A stretch of DNA of 63,335 bases, counting the filler, from Octopus bimaculoides (lineage: Eukaryota): the NCBI RefSeq assembly GCF_001194135.2. It is 6 parts of 6 records of this genome, joined end to end, with 100 filler letters (N's around TTAATTAATTAA, not from the genome) between each part and the next. Parts side by side here need not be neighbours in the genome. Positions count along the whole stretch, not along the records: positions 54,726 to 62,193 come from NC_068988.1; positions 62,294 to 63,335 come from NW_026297072.1; 4 more parts are not named here. The stretch is one strand, 5' to 3'. The stretch's first letter is position 1. Every line of letters begins with the position of its first letter. Position numbers and translations under genes: made by a program. This document shows positions 61,898 through 63,335 of the stretch, piece by piece. Under the pieces are notes generated by a model that was not told the origin of the DNA, did not search any database, and saw only the letters and a list, made by a program, of their open reading frames with translations.

Positions 61898-62018
61898 GAT
61901 ATTAATAACCTGGTGTGAGAACTTAATATACATATGCTTTAGAAAAGCGCAATAGTCGCATACAAGGCGTTATGAGAAATTATACGAAAACAAGTGAACA
62001 AGAAATTATGTAAATATA

Positions 62019-62183
62019 TAGGCGCAGGAGTGGGTGTGTGGTAAGTAGCTTGCCTACCAATCACATAGTTCCGGGTTCAGTTCCACTACGTGGCACTTTG
62101 GGCAAGTGTCTTCTACTATAGCCTCGGGCCGACCAAAGCCTTGTGAATGGATTTGGTAGATGGAAACTGAAAGAAGCCCGTCG
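62019..62183 (+). mobile_element. SINE family A head/body
   Basis: Near-consensus copy; followed by (TA)n and the scaffold end. Confidence 0.9.
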
Positions 62184-62193
62184 TATATATATA

Positions 62194-62293
62194 NNNNNNN
62201 NNNNNNNNNNNNNNNNNNNNNNNNNNNNNNNNNNNNNTTAATTAATTAANNNNNNNNNNNNNNNNNNNNNNNNNNNNNNNNNNNNNNNNNNNN
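62194..62293. other. Artificial scaffold join
   Basis: 44 N + TTAATTAATTAA (62238-62249) + 44 N. Confidence 0.97.
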
Positions 62294-63335
62294 TCTAGTG
62301 AAAGACAGGGTAAGGATAATATCTAAAATGTCTGCCATGTTGTCATGTTGTATATACAGGGACTATGACTGGGACAGTGGAGGATAGAGAGATCTAGCCA
62401 TCACTTCCACCATTAACAACAACAACAACTGCAATAGTCATTGTAATTCAGTTACTTTGAACTCAATTATGTCTTTTAATGTCAAAATCACACAAGACAA
62501 CATTATACAGGAGATATTAAACTATATATATCGCTATGATATATTTTATATTAAATTTTGGTGTTATATAGCCCAAACGGGGTATATATACATTTATTTG
62601 TCAGAAAACGTTGATTGATATCCAATTAGACTGGCTGTTAGTAATGTATGTTAGTATAGTTTCTTTCTGTGTTGCTGTAATAATTCACTAATTTAATCTT
62701 TATCTTTTTTCATGTTTAATGAAGTCTAACAGATAATAAATATTTCTTTATACGTACCCTGTTAAATATCCATTATGTGTTTCTGTGTAAACAAAAAGCA
62801 AAGACTTTGTCATCATTGTCAGCATCATTTTATTTTTCATATGTTTTTTTAAGATTATTATTATCATTATTAAGATGGTGATAAATATAAGCTGAAGTAG
62901 AGTTGTTATTTCAGATATATATATATTTTATTCAAATGTGAATTAAATTAAAAATAAGTATTTGTGATGTTGATTTAATTACAAGCATTTTTTTACAATG
63001 TGACTTAATATGTTTACTTTTAGCTGTAATGTTAATTAATTCATAGGTGTTTAATTATACTAAATTTTAAAATACTTAGTGCTTCATTTAAACAATGTAC
63101 TGCATCTGTTCCAACCAATATTTTGGTGAGACTGCATATCTCAATACAACTAAAGCTATTTGTTCAGTACTTATTGAAGTCAGATAAGCACTGAATCTTC
63201 AGAACATTGGTTTCACTTAGTGACACATAATATTGTCTTTAAATGAGTAAGTCTGAAAGATAAATAAGGAGACATATTGAGAATTCAGTATAAAAGCTAC
63301 CATGGTGCTTGTATTTTCCACAAAGATAACTCTAC

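Overview
Eukaryotic, AT-rich, microsatellite-laden draft genomic DNA. It is most likely a coleoid cephalopod (Octopus-like); this is inferred from recalled SINE families, not a database search. It is not one locus: five artificial 100-bp joins (44 N + TTAATTAATTAA + 44 N) concatenate six unrelated scaffold pieces (1-21391, 21492-34341, 34442-48439, 48540-54625, 54726-62193, 62294-63335). I find no intact protein-coding gene, RNA gene or CRISPR array. Nearly all long ORFs in the track are artefacts of N-gaps or simple repeats. Real content: (i) many copies of at least four tRNA-derived SINE families (called A-D here), several with clear target-site duplications (TSDs) and nested insertions; (ii) decayed autonomous elements: a maT/DD37D-like mariner transposase, a cluster of restriction-like-endonuclease (R4/Dong-type) LINE fragments in microsatellites, the 5' part of an L1/Tx1-like LINE, and a Naiad-like Penelope element with an inverted 5' part; (iii) several MITEs; (iv) a whole 14-kb scaffold made of a CpG-dense NACG-tetramer complex satellite with reusable 50-700 bp modules and repeated strand switches. 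The satellite is the most unusual object in the window, but its higher-order layout needs long-read confirmation. I cannot show that it, or anything else here, is a new functional system.
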